A stretch of DNA of 64,000 bases from contig JBOGLH010000002.1 in assembly GCA_050746025.1 (NCBI GenBank), forward strand, positions 4,473 through 68,472. Direction: 5' to 3'. The notes beneath the pieces are model-generated. The model made no database searches. It was not told the origin of the DNA and saw only the letters and a list, made by a program, of their open reading frames with translations. This DNA is from Terriglobales bacterium. Lineage in GTDB: Bacteria; Acidobacteriota; Terriglobia; Terriglobales; Acidobacteriaceae. The position numbers were made by a program, and so were the translations under genes. Every line of letters starts with the position of its first letter. Within the stretch, counting starts at the first letter, position 1. This document shows positions 1 to 9,290 of this stretch, one piece after another.

Positions 1-2
1 AT

Positions 3-554
3 GCGCGGCAGGAGATGGTGTTGTATCTCGCTGTCACAGCGCGACAGCAAGCCGTAGAGCAGAAGATCAAGAATTTCTTTACCAAGTGGCGGGAAGTTCA
101 GCAGAAGATCCCGCTGCCGGAAATGACCGAGCTGCTGATCACGTCGCAATTGCCGGAGTATCCCAAGATTGCGGAAGAAGTGTTCATGCTGTTGTTGGAC
201 GGAAAGCTGCGTACGCGAACTGAACGGATGAATTTCTTGAAGCCTCTGGCTCCGCCGCCACCTCCGCCACCGCCTCCTCCGCGAAGAGGCCGGGCGGCAA
301 AAGCCGCGGCCCAGGCTGCGCCCGTTGCTGCTCAACCTGCTGCGGGGAAAAAAGGGAAAGGCCAACCAGCGCCAGCTGTGGCGACCGCGGCCAAAGGTCC
401 GGCAAAAGCTGGCACGCCGGCAAAGCCCATGACCCAGGCAAAAGTTGAGAAGAAACCAGCCAAGCCTGTAGCGCCGGCAAGGCCGAAGGCCGCCCCAAAG
501 AAGGCCCCTAAGAAGGCTGTTTCGAAGCCCAAGCAGAAATCAAAGAAACATTAA
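3..554 (+). CDS. Probably the 3' part of a CDS that runs off the left edge (alternatively complete from ATG 15). A globular segment is followed by a run of 10 prolines and a ~90-aa Ala/Lys/Pro-rich histone-H1-like basic tail.
   Basis: The frame is open from nt 3. GGAG abuts ATG 15 with no spacer, so an upstream start is plausible. The tail reads APPPPPPPPPPRRGRAAKAAAQAAP...KKAPKKAVSKPKQKSKKH. Confidence 0.55.
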   Translation, partial: ARQEMVLYLAVTARQQAVEQKIKNFFTKWREVQQKIPLPEMTELLITSQLPEYPKIAEEVFMLLLDGKLRTRTERMNFLKPLAPPPPPPPPPPRRGRAAKAAAQAAPVAAQPAAGKKGKGQPAPAVATAAKGPAKAGTPAKPMTQAKVEKKPAKPVAPARPKAAPKKAPKKAVSKPKQKSKKH

Positions 555-574
555 TCGTTTTAAACGTCGCCCCA

Positions 575-2104
575 TCAGACGCCGTCCAGCCCAAAGCTTG
601 GATTGTGATAGGTCCCGCTGATTTTCACCGGGACGACCTTCTCGTGGTGGCCCTTCTTAAACAACGGCTCCAGAGCCTTGGCGAATACGGACTTGATCCC
701 CGATGTAGTGTTAGTCAGGCTGGCTTCGGTCGTGAGTTGGCCATGCAAGTTCACCTGCTCATTGGTCAAATCGTAATTTCCATGGAACCATGCCGTAGCG
801 TTGCCATCCCGGGCCGACAGTTTGGAAAACTGTGCAATGCCTTTCAGTAAACGAACATTGCCCCTCAAGTCCGCGAGCGTGTTCTGATCCGGCTGCTTTT
901 GGCCAGGCCGTTCCGCGATTTTGCTTAAGCGAGATTGAGTCTGAGGGTTCGTAAATTGCGCTTCGTGTATGCGGAAATTGCTGCTGATTTCAATTTTCTT
1001 CAAAAAGCGTTCGTGACCCGATGGAATTACAACGTGCATCTGGAAGGCAACATTTCCGACGAGCGGCATCTTTGGGCTTTTAACAAACGGGTAAAACGTG
1101 TCTTCTATCCGCCCACGATCGCAATTGAGTTCAATTACTGCCGCGTGTTTCCCATCGGCTTGCCGGCCAATGCGCCCATGAGCATCGATTTGGTCGCGTC
1201 CGAAATTTGCTTTAACGCTGTGCAGGATCGCCTCGCCATTGATAGCGTTCACGGCTGCCTTGAACCGCGTTTGGAGTGGAAGTTTGTGCCGCGTGTACGC
1301 TACCTCAAATTCGGGAGTTGTGGTTGAACCTTCGACTTCCATCTGCTTGAACGTTCCGTTGAAGTTTCCGCCGGACGAGAGCACGCCACCAATAGAGTGG
1401 AAGACACCGAGATCGGCGTTAGAAAGAGCGTAAGTGCCTGAGACTGGCGTTGCGGATAGATCCGAGGAGTTCCAAGGCCCAAACTGTCCGGAAGTCTGAA
1501 TCAGCCCTGCCGGCATCGGATTATCGAAGGTGGCGGCGAATTTGATGGCTCCACTACCACCAAGGTTTTGGACTTGGAATTTGTGAAAGACGAACTTCAT
1601 GGGCTGTGCTTTTTGCTGGACATCGAGAAGGGCGTCGTCTGCGACCAAAGTGTCGACAATGGTTTTTTCCGAGGACGATATATCCGCCGAGAAGTCTGCG
1701 CGCCCAAGGGTTACGTGCATACCTTCTGCACGCAGCAGGCTGATGTGGTGCTCCAGCAGTCCGGCCAAATTGCTGGTAATGGTAAGCCGGCGAATTGAAA
1801 TCAAAGACGCCCCAGAGTCGCTGCGTTGGAACACAACGTTTTCCATGATGCAGCCGGGCGGGAAATATGTTTCTCGAAAGGCTCCAAACTTAACATTGGC
1901 CGCGGTGCTCTCGCCGAGCCGGTCACGAACCGAAGATTCGGTAAACGGCCAGAAATGGTGTAGCAGCACGACGCCAACACCGGCGGCACATAGCAGGACC
2001 ATCACGGCGACAGCGGCAATGCGCTTAATGTGTCTGCGCGATTTTGTTGGCGTCGTCACAAAGACATTCTCACTTGGGTCGCAGCCCACAATTGTGTTGG
2101 GCAT
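575..2104 (-). CDS. AsmA family protein (N-terminal membrane anchor plus a large periplasmic domain)
   Basis: 509-aa ORF with a single N-terminal TM segment (IAAVAVMVLLCAAGVGVVLL). The C-terminus, VVPVKISGTYHNPSFGLD, resembles AsmA-family C-terminal motifs. No search was run. Confidence 0.6.
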   Translation of the reverse strand: MPNTIVGCDPSENVFVTTPTKSRRHIKRIAAVAVMVLLCAAGVGVVLLHHFWPFTESSVRDRLGESTAANVKFGAFRETYFPPGCIMENVVFQRSDSGASLISIRRLTITSNLAGLLEHHISLLRAEGMHVTLGRADFSADISSSEKTIVDTLVADDALLDVQQKAQPMKFVFHKFQVQNLGGSGAIKFAATFDNPMPAGLIQTSGQFGPWNSSDLSATPVSGTYALSNADLGVFHSIGGVLSSGGNFNGTFKQMEVEGSTTTPEFEVAYTRHKLPLQTRFKAAVNAINGEAILHSVKANFGRDQIDAHGRIGRQADGKHAAVIELNCDRGRIEDTFYPFVKSPKMPLVGNVAFQMHVVIPSGHERFLKKIEISSNFRIHEAQFTNPQTQSRLSKIAERPGQKQPDQNTLADLRGNVRLLKGIAQFSKLSARDGNATAWFHGNYDLTNEQVNLHGQLTTEASLTNTTSGIKSVFAKALEPLFKKGHHEKVVPVKISGTYHNPSFGLDGV

Positions 2105-2241
2105 CTTTTACTTTGGCCGCAGGTTTGATTCCGCGATGCCGGGTGCGTTTGCCCAGCACGTTGCAAGAACTCTGATCGGATATTTGTTGCTCCCAGGCTG
2201 TGAAGCACCTCTCACAGCAAAGGCACATCTAACTCAGCAAT

Positions 2242-2583
2242 ATGATCACCCCTATAAATATCAACACCGCGACCGTCAAAGAGTTGACCCAACTTCCTGG
2301 CATTGCGAAAAATCTAGCGTATCGCATTGTGAATCACCGCAACCGCCATGGTTACTACACTCATTGGGAAGAACTTCTGGCAGTGAAAGAATTCCCTGCT
2401 GACGCTCTAGACCAAATCAAACAGCGGGCAAATATTTCCCCGCCTGCGGGTATTTTGAAACAGGAGTTCGGCCCTCGCCGCATCAAGCCAGGGCACATTG
2501 AAAGGGGGTCCAAGAAACCCAAGGGCTACACCAAGGCTATTCGTGCGACTCGAAGTTCGGACCGTTTGAAGCGTAGTGCTTGA
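2242..2583 (+). CDS. ComEA-like helix-hairpin-helix DNA-binding protein with a basic C-terminal tail
   Basis: INTATVKELTQLPGIAKNLAYRIVNHRNRHGYYTHWEELLAVKEFP is a typical ComEA/HhH pattern. Confidence 0.7.
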   Translation: MITPININTATVKELTQLPGIAKNLAYRIVNHRNRHGYYTHWEELLAVKEFPADALDQIKQRANISPPAGILKQEFGPRRIKPGHIERGSKKPKGYTKAIRATRSSDRLKRSA

Positions 2584-2695
2584 TATTGGGAACAAACCCC
2601 TTATCTTCCTGTCCGGCGCTAGCCACATCTAGGCAGAAAGCACGTCCAAAGCCGATATAATTGCGGCAATCGCCCATTCGCTCCGGGCGTCGCAA

Positions 2696-3508
2696 ATGGC
2701 AAATATTTGGCTGCGGGTGGCTCTGGCGTTTTATGGCATTGGACTGCTCTATGTCCTTGTGGCCCTGACTCGTACCCGTGAAATCCTAAACCGAATCGCT
2801 CTCCATGCCGCTTATCTCGGCATGATCTTCCATTTTGTGGCAATCGTTGAGACTGTGCGCCAGTCAGGCGAGATCAGTCTGGCTTCGTTGTCGCTGGCGG
2901 CGTCCATTCTTGGATTTCTTATCATGGTGGTCTTCCTGCTGGTATATCTGGTTTACAAGACCACTTCTCCTGGAATCGTTGTTTTCCCGATGGTTTTTCT
3001 GCTGACGTTTGTTGGATTGAGCGGATTGGAATCGTTTGTCATGGCCTCGGCGACGGCGCGCCAAGGATGGCTGATCGCTCACATCACGCTTATTTTTGCC
3101 GGTTATGCGGCGCTAGTGTTGAGTTTCAGCGCAAGCCTGATCTACCTGATCCAAGAGCATATGCTGAAGGCCAGACGGCCAGCCCGGCTGCTGTCACGTC
3201 TGCCCGCACTCCAAGTAACCGATGACATCGGATTCCGCTCTCTATTAATAGGGTTCCCATTCATGACGGCGGGTTTGGTGGCTGGGATGGTGATTGCGCA
3301 GGCACATTTTGGCCATGTGAATTTTCGCGACCCCAAGATACTGCTTTCGCTGCTGACCTGGGCGGTGTATCTGATCTTGCTCTACACCCGGTGGAGTGCG
3401 GGCTGGCGCGGACGCCGTGCGGCATTTTTGGCGGCGGGCACGTTCCTGTTGGCCATTGTTGCCTGGGCGGCAAACTACTTTAGCGCGGTGCACAGGCTGT
3501 CACCATGA
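2696..3508 (+). CDS. Cytochrome c assembly (CcsA-like) family membrane protein of the HemX type, located upstream of hemA
   Basis: 270-aa polytopic membrane protein. Its stop overlaps the hemA start (ATGA at 3505-3508). The segment HFGHVNFRDPKILLSLLTW looks like a degenerate version of the CcsA WGxxWxWDPK motif. Confidence 0.65.
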   Translation: MANIWLRVALAFYGIGLLYVLVALTRTREILNRIALHAAYLGMIFHFVAIVETVRQSGEISLASLSLAASILGFLIMVVFLLVYLVYKTTSPGIVVFPMVFLLTFVGLSGLESFVMASATARQGWLIAHITLIFAGYAALVLSFSASLIYLIQEHMLKARRPARLLSRLPALQVTDDIGFRSLLIGFPFMTAGLVAGMVIAQAHFGHVNFRDPKILLSLLTWAVYLILLYTRWSAGWRGRRAAFLAAGTFLLAIVAWAANYFSAVHRLSP

Positions 3509-4827
3509 ATTTCCAGCTGCTGGGCCTGAATCACAAAACGGCGCCGCTTGAAGTCCGGGAGCAGCTTGCCATCTCCGATAAAAATCTGGCCGACGCGTTG
3601 CGGCAATTAATGGGGATCAGCGGGGTACGGGAGGCGATGATCCTGAGCACCTGCAACCGAGTGGAAGTGCTGACCCATACAGCCAACGGAAGCGCCGACC
3701 TGCGGCACTTTTTGCGGGAATACTTCGGTCTTGAGCCTTCGTCGTATGAATCTCATTTGTACGAGTACCGCGAAAAACACGCAGTAAGGCATGTGTTTCG
3801 GGTTGCATCGAGTTTGGACTCGCTGGTTGTCGGCGAACCGCAAATTCTTGGGCAAGTCAAAGAGGCATACGCCAATGCCCGCGCAGCCGGAACTGTGCAG
3901 TCTTATCTGGACCTGCTTCTGACCCGCGCGTTTGCGGTCGCTAAGCGTGTGCGTACAGAAACGGCGGTGGGATCCTCGTCGGTTTCGATCGCCTCTGTGG
4001 CCGTGGAATTAGCCGAAAGAATTTTCGGATCATTGCAGGGAAAACAGGTTTGTTTGGTTGGCGCGGGCAAAATGTCCGAGATTGCGGCACGCCATTTGAT
4101 TGAAAAAGGCGCAGGCCCAATTTTCGTTGCCAATCGGACTTATGAACGCGCCCAAATTCTAGCGCAGCGTTTCGGAGGCAGCGCCATTCGCTTCGATGAA
4201 CTATATGATCACTGCGAGCAGGCCGACATTGTCATCACTTCAACCGGTGCACCGGTGGCGATTTTCCGGCGCGAACACGGCGAACGGTTCCTCAACCGCC
4301 GCCGGAACCGTCCTATGTTTTTCATTGATATCGCGGTGCCCCGCGACGTCGATCCGGAGATGAATAAACTTGGCGGCATTTTCGTGTATGACATCGACCA
4401 TCTGCAGGAAGCAGCTGCGTCACACGCCGCTGCAAGAAGCAGGGAGGCAGAGCGCGCCGAAAAAATCATTGAAGATGAGGTAGGGCGTTTCCACACGCGG
4501 GTGCAATCATTACATGTTGTACCCGCAATCATTTCTCTTCAGGACTACGTGGAGACCATTCGCCAGGCGGAACTCGACCGGGTGCGCGGGCGATTGGGGC
4601 ATCTCTCGCTGGAGCAGGAGCAGGCTGTAGAAGCACTGACCCGGGGAATCGTGAATAAGATTTTGCACACGCCAATTACACGCCTGAAGTCAGCCGCTGC
4701 CGGGCCGGAAGTGACCACGCTAACTGAAGCCTTCAAGAAAATTTTTAATTTGCAGGATAAAGCTAAAACGGCCGAGGAAAAGCCATTCCCCAAAACCGAA
4801 GCGGCCTCGGAAAAGAGGAGCCGATAA
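3505..4827 (+). CDS. hemA: Glutamyl-tRNA reductase
   Basis: The N-terminus MNFQLLGLNHKTAPLEVREQLAI and the STCNRVEV active-site Cys region are typical HemA. 440 aa. Confidence 0.95.
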   Translation: MNFQLLGLNHKTAPLEVREQLAISDKNLADALRQLMGISGVREAMILSTCNRVEVLTHTANGSADLRHFLREYFGLEPSSYESHLYEYREKHAVRHVFRVASSLDSLVVGEPQILGQVKEAYANARAAGTVQSYLDLLLTRAFAVAKRVRTETAVGSSSVSIASVAVELAERIFGSLQGKQVCLVGAGKMSEIAARHLIEKGAGPIFVANRTYERAQILAQRFGGSAIRFDELYDHCEQADIVITSTGAPVAIFRREHGERFLNRRRNRPMFFIDIAVPRDVDPEMNKLGGIFVYDIDHLQEAAASHAAARSREAERAEKIIEDEVGRFHTRVQSLHVVPAIISLQDYVETIRQAELDRVRGRLGHLSLEQEQAVEALTRGIVNKILHTPITRLKSAAAGPEVTTLTEAFKKIFNLQDKAKTAEEKPFPKTEAASEKRSR

Positions 4828-5760
4828 TTGCAGCTTAGGATAGGCTCGCGTGGTTCGCAGCTTGCGCTGTGGCAGGCAAATCACATTGCCGGGGAATTGC
4901 TTCAGCGCGGGCACGAACTTGAAATCAAAATCATTCATACAACCGGCGACAAAATTCTCGATGTGGCGCTTTCAAAGGTCGGCGCCAAAGGAATTTTCAC
5001 TAAAGAAATTGAGGAATCCCTGGCTACGAAACAAATCGACCTGGCAGTGCATAGCTTGAAAGATCTGCCTACTGAACTGGAAGATCAATTTGAAATTGCC
5101 GCGATACCTGCACGGGAAGATCCACGTGATGCTCTCTGCTCGGCAAAGTATTCTGCGGTTGATAAATTGCCCCGCAATGCGCGAGTGGGGACCAGCAGCT
5201 TACGGCGTGAGGCGCAACTCCGGGCGATACGGCCGGATCTGGTGATTCATCCTCTGCGAGGAAATGTGGATACGCGTTTGCGCAAACTCGAGTCCGGCGA
5301 GTACGACGCGATCATTCTTGCGCTCTCGGGCTTACGACGCCTGGGCCGTACGGAATTGGTTCGTCAGGTGATGCCGATCGAGCTAATGTGCCCTGCTGCG
5401 GGCCAAGGGGCATTGGCCATAGAAATTCGCGCCGACGATGACGATGTGCGCAGCACATTGGCGTTTTTGGACGAAAAGGCCGCACGATCCGAAACTGAAT
5501 GCGAGCGTGCACTGCTGAAAAAACTGGGTGGAGGATGCCAGGTCCCGATCGGAGCAAACGCGAAATTCAGCGGCGGCTCTTTGCATTTGCAAGCAGTCGT
5601 CGCCAGTCCGGATGGGAAAACTATCCTGCGGGATTCCGGCCACGGTGAAGATGCGGCTGCATTGGGTGCGTTGGTTGGTGAGCGGCTGTTGAAGCAAGGT
5701 GGCGGCGCGATCCTGGAACAAGTTTATGCCCATGCCGGACCGCAGCCGGAACAGCCATAG
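4828..5760 (+). CDS. hemC: Hydroxymethylbilane synthase (porphobilinogen deaminase)
   Basis: [18 protein letters not shown]...[10 protein letters not shown]...[10 protein letters not shown] are canonical HemC motifs. A TTG start directly abuts the hemA stop. Confidence 0.95.
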   Translation: MQLRIGSRGSQLALWQANHIAGELLQRGHELEIKIIHTTGDKILDVALSKVGAKGIFTKEIEESLATKQIDLAVHSLKDLPTELEDQFEIAAIPAREDPRDALCSAKYSAVDKLPRNARVGTSSLRREAQLRAIRPDLVIHPLRGNVDTRLRKLESGEYDAIILALSGLRRLGRTELVRQVMPIELMCPAAGQGALAIEIRADDDDVRSTLAFLDEKAARSETECERALLKKLGGGCQVPIGANAKFSGGSLHLQAVVASPDGKTILRDSGHGEDAAALGALVGERLLKQGGGAILEQVYAHAGPQPEQP

Positions 5761-5790
5761 TATTGTCGGCGAAATCCATATAGTAGGCTA

Positions 5791-6411
5791 ATGTACATTC
5801 CTGAATTCAACCGGATCGAAGACCAGGCAGTCGCCGTGGCTTTCATGCGCGCGGATCCCTTTGCAATCCTGGTTTCGCATAATGATGACGCTCCGTTTGC
5901 CACTCACCTGCCCGTAATCATTGCTGAGGCCAGCGGACAGTTAGTAGTGCGCGCGCACGTGGCCAAAGCCAATCCGCACTGGAAAATAATCGAGCGGCAA
6001 GAATCGCTCATGATTTTTCATGGGCCGCATGCCTATATTTCGCCGAGCCTGTATGAGCTTCGGGAGAGTGTTCCTACATGGAATTATGCGACGGTGCACG
6101 CTTATGGCCGCGGAAGACTCCTCGCTAGCGATGCGGACAAGCAGCAGGTACTGGCTGAGTTGATCTCGCAATTCGATTCGTCTTATCTAAGTCAGTGGAA
6201 CTCTTTTGACGAGCAATATCGCAGCCGCATGTTGAATCACATCGTCGCCTTCGAAATCGCTGTGACCCGCGTCGAAACGAAGTTCAAGCTGAGCCAGAAC
6301 CGAACCAAGGCTGAACAGGAAAATGTAATTCAGACGCTGAGTAAGGACCCTGATCCGGCGATTTCCGGCGTCGCTGATTTAATGCGCCAGCGCGGCTTGG
6401 GCAAGCCATGA
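5791..6411 (+). CDS. PaiB-family FMN-binding (split-barrel) protein
   Basis: MYIPEFNRIEDQAVAVAFMRADPFAILVS...FKLSQNR is a typical PaiB-family pattern. Its stop overlaps the hemD start (ATGA at 6408-6411). Confidence 0.8.
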   Translation: MYIPEFNRIEDQAVAVAFMRADPFAILVSHNDDAPFATHLPVIIAEASGQLVVRAHVAKANPHWKIIERQESLMIFHGPHAYISPSLYELRESVPTWNYATVHAYGRGRLLASDADKQQVLAELISQFDSSYLSQWNSFDEQYRSRMLNHIVAFEIAVTRVETKFKLSQNRTKAEQENVIQTLSKDPDPAISGVADLMRQRGLGKP

Positions 6412-7229
6412 ACGCTGGGTCGCCGAAAAAAGCTCTCGCTGGCTTACGGGTATTGGTGGGACGCGCACGACGCCAGGCGAGTGCCCTTTCGGCTGAGTTG
6501 AAGGGACTCGGCGCCGAGGTGATCGAAATTCCCTTCATCGAAATACTCCCGCCGCGTTCTTACGATCCACTGGATGCAGCTCTCAAGCAAATCTCGCAAT
6601 ATCAGTGGCTGATTCTGACGAGTGTAAATGGGGTCGAGGCCTTAGCTGCGCGAATGCAGCGATCAGAAATCAAGCCGAGTGAGCTGGTGCATCTCAACGT
6701 CGCTGCTATCGGCCCTTCAACTCGCAGCGCTGCAGAAAAAATTGGATTGAAAGTGTCAATTGTTCCGTCCAAGTATGTTGCCGAATCGGTGGTCGATAGT
6801 TTACGTGGCAAAGTAGGGGGACAGCGAGTGCTATTGGTCCGGGCGGCAGTGGCGCGCGATGTGATTCCGCGCGAGCTGCGAAAGATGGGCGCAACAGTTG
6901 ATGTGGTTGAGGCTTATCAGACGATGGTGCCAGACTCTTCGAGAAAGAAATTGCAAGCCGTGATGGCTGAAGCTAAACGAAGGCCGCAGGTTGTGACATT
7001 CACAAGCTCTTCGACGGTGAGAAATTTTGTCGAGCTACTAGGCGGGCGAGGGCGCCCGCCCCGCACAACCACCCTATTGGAGGGAGTTCGATTGGCCTCG
7101 ATCGGGCCGATTACTTCGGCAACGCTGCGTGAGTTTGGGCTGCCCGTGCATGTGGAAGCCGAGGAGTATACGATCGCCGGTTTGACGCGAGCGATCCTCG
7201 CAGATCACAAGCAGGTCGCTTCAGAATAA
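6408..7229 (+). CDS. hemD: Uroporphyrinogen-III synthase
   Basis: 273 aa. The pattern is LRVLVGRARRQASALSAELKGLGAEVIEIPFIEI...WLILTSVNGV...VTFTSSSTV, in hem operon context. Confidence 0.85.
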   Translation: MNAGSPKKALAGLRVLVGRARRQASALSAELKGLGAEVIEIPFIEILPPRSYDPLDAALKQISQYQWLILTSVNGVEALAARMQRSEIKPSELVHLNVAAIGPSTRSAAEKIGLKVSIVPSKYVAESVVDSLRGKVGGQRVLLVRAAVARDVIPRELRKMGATVDVVEAYQTMVPDSSRKKLQAVMAEAKRRPQVVTFTSSSTVRNFVELLGGRGRPPRTTTLLEGVRLASIGPITSATLREFGLPVHVEAEEYTIAGLTRAILADHKQVASE

Positions 7230-7259
7230 GCGCCTTCTCTAACTCAACAAGTCAGATTC

Positions 7260-9287
7260 TTACTCCAGTTTGCAGCCGCAATCTGCCGGTGGCACGTGGG
7301 CTTTGAGGAAATCCGTCACGCGTCGATACGCGTCGATCTGATTCTCGACTTTAGAGAAGCCGTGGCCTTCGTTCTCGTAGATTTTGTAATCCGCCACACC
7401 GCCATGCTCCTTGATGGCGTCGACCACCTGAATTGTCTCCTCCTTCGGGCAACGCGGATCGTGGCCCCCTGCCAGGAGAAGCAACGGGGCCTTGATCTGA
7501 TCGACAAAGAAAAATGGCGAGCGCTCACGAAAAAAATCGGCCTTCTTTTTTGGATCGCCCATAGTCGCGAGGTCAGACTGCTGCAGCACCGGATCTTCGT
7601 TTTCAATTTCCGTGAACCAGTTCACAAATGGCACGATGGGCACGCCCGCAGCCCAGACGTCGGGGGCTTTAGTCACCGCCATCATGGTCATATACCCACC
7701 GTAGCTGCCGCCCATCACGACCATTTTCTTGGGATCCGGATAGCCGGTTTGCTTCAGGAAGTCAGCAGCGGCGAGGACGTCCTGCAAATCTCCGCCACCC
7801 ATGTCGAACAGATTCGCGTCTTCAAACGCTTTGCCGTAACCGGTCGATCCCCGATAGTTGGGTGCGATCACCATATATCCCTGATTCACGATGTGCTGAA
7901 CAAAGCGGTTGAATGAGTCCACACTCTGAGACTTCGGTCCGCCGTGGATGTAAACAATCGCCGCATTCTTCCCGTTGCGCTGCATGTTGCTGGTCACATA
8001 CACCCAGGCGGAGATCGTCCACTTGCCATCGCGGCTGGGATAGTGGACCAGAAACGGCTCGACCATATGATCGGCAGGCACACCGGCCATCAAGGAATGC
8101 GTCACCTGGGTCGATTTACCGGTAGCAATGTCGTATCTCCAGGCATCGCCGGGAGCGTTCGCGCCGTTGTGGTAATAGAGCAACTTCTTACCGTCGCGCG
8201 AGAAGGCAGATTCCGCTCCGCCAAACGAGTTCACGCCCTTTGGCAACGGCAGCTCGGTTGTCTTTTTGGTCGCGAGATTGTAGACATAGAGATCAGCATG
8301 GCCGTCCAAGTTGGCCTGGAATGTCACGCTCTTGCCATCGATAGAAAAGTTGCCGCCGTGTGCTTCCCATTTCTCTTCCGTCAGCCATCTAACACTCTTG
8401 GGGTGCCCGGCTATTGAATCGATCGTTAAAATTCCGACATTCTGATACCCATTGGCCGCATTCGAAGTTATCAATAGGGACATGATATCGAGCTCGGGCG
8501 GTCCAGTATCGTTGGCGCCGTAGAGTTTCTCTCCCTCATGCGGCGTCAGCAGCGTGCTCTTTCCGCTCTTGATATCGGCAACGAAAATATTCGAATTTGT
8601 TCCCTTAGCGTCTTCCTGCGTATACGCGATGAAATGCCCGTCTTTCGACCAGATCGGATTTGTATTTAGCTTGTCGGCCGGCGTATTCGACGTGATGTGC
8701 TTCACGTCGCGCAGAAGCGTGTCGAATACATCGATTTCAAACACCGACGAAGTTTTCGGCTTGACAATGTACGCCAGATAACGGCCGTCGGGCGACCAAA
8801 CGGGATTTTCCTCGGATATTTCCCGGGTCTTAGTGACGTCCACGATCTGCCCGGTTTGCGGCGAAACCAGAAAAATATCCCACTGCTCATCGCCGTCATA
8901 GTCCGATTGATAGGCAATCCACTTGCCGTTGGGTGACCACGCAGGGTTCGACTGGCGCTGATCGCTGACCGTCAGCTGCGTAGGCCATCCGCCGCCAGAC
9001 GGAACCAGCCACAGATTATTTCGTCCGGTGATGTTGGAAATGAAGACAATGGTCTTGCCATCGGGCGACCAGGCAGTGCCGCCGATCTGGCGCGTCATAT
9101 AAAGGCGCTCGAGCGAGAGACCCTCCTCACCCTGTTCGACGTTCGCGTCAGGCTTCGCGGTGATTTGCTTAGGATCGGTAATCGCCTTTGGTGGCGTGAG
9201 GGTTTGAGAAACTGCCAGCGTACTCATCAATACGACGATAACAAATCGCAGGTCGGGTTTCATGTGCGAGTGCAGGTCAGTGCTCAA
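7260..9287 (-). CDS. S9 family serine peptidase (prolyl oligopeptidase / dipeptidyl aminopeptidase type) with an N-terminal TolB-like beta-propeller
   Basis: Signal peptide present. Repeated WSPDG(K/R) propeller motifs. Catalytic Ser motif GGSYGGYMT, with GGHDPRCP and ENEGHGF supplying the Asp and His. Confidence 0.9.
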   Translation of the reverse strand: MSTDLHSHMKPDLRFVIVVLMSTLAVSQTLTPPKAITDPKQITAKPDANVEQGEEGLSLERLYMTRQIGGTAWSPDGKTIVFISNITGRNNLWLVPSGGGWPTQLTVSDQRQSNPAWSPNGKWIAYQSDYDGDEQWDIFLVSPQTGQIVDVTKTREISEENPVWSPDGRYLAYIVKPKTSSVFEIDVFDTLLRDVKHITSNTPADKLNTNPIWSKDGHFIAYTQEDAKGTNSNIFVADIKSGKSTLLTPHEGEKLYGANDTGPPELDIMSLLITSNAANGYQNVGILTIDSIAGHPKSVRWLTEEKWEAHGGNFSIDGKSVTFQANLDGHADLYVYNLATKKTTELPLPKGVNSFGGAESAFSRDGKKLLYYHNGANAPGDAWRYDIATGKSTQVTHSLMAGVPADHMVEPFLVHYPSRDGKWTISAWVYVTSNMQRNGKNAAIVYIHGGPKSQSVDSFNRFVQHIVNQGYMVIAPNYRGSTGYGKAFEDANLFDMGGGDLQDVLAAADFLKQTGYPDPKKMVVMGGSYGGYMTMMAVTKAPDVWAAGVPIVPFVNWFTEIENEDPVLQQSDLATMGDPKKKADFFRERSPFFFVDQIKAPLLLLAGGHDPRCPKEETIQVVDAIKEHGGVADYKIYENEGHGFSKVENQIDAYRRVTDFLKAHVPPADCGCKLE

Positions 9288-9290
9288 ATG

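Noticed and set aside
184-532. Two minus-strand ORFs (104 aa and 66 aa) under the Ala/Lys/Pro-rich tail
   Set aside because: These are artefacts of the repetitive GCN/AAR/CCN coding sequence on the opposite strand.
1599-2402. 267-aa ORF on the plus strand
   Set aside because: It is mostly antisense to the AsmA-like CDS and runs through the intergenic region into the ComEA-like gene in another frame. Its composition is Ser/Arg/Pro-rich and non-protein-like.
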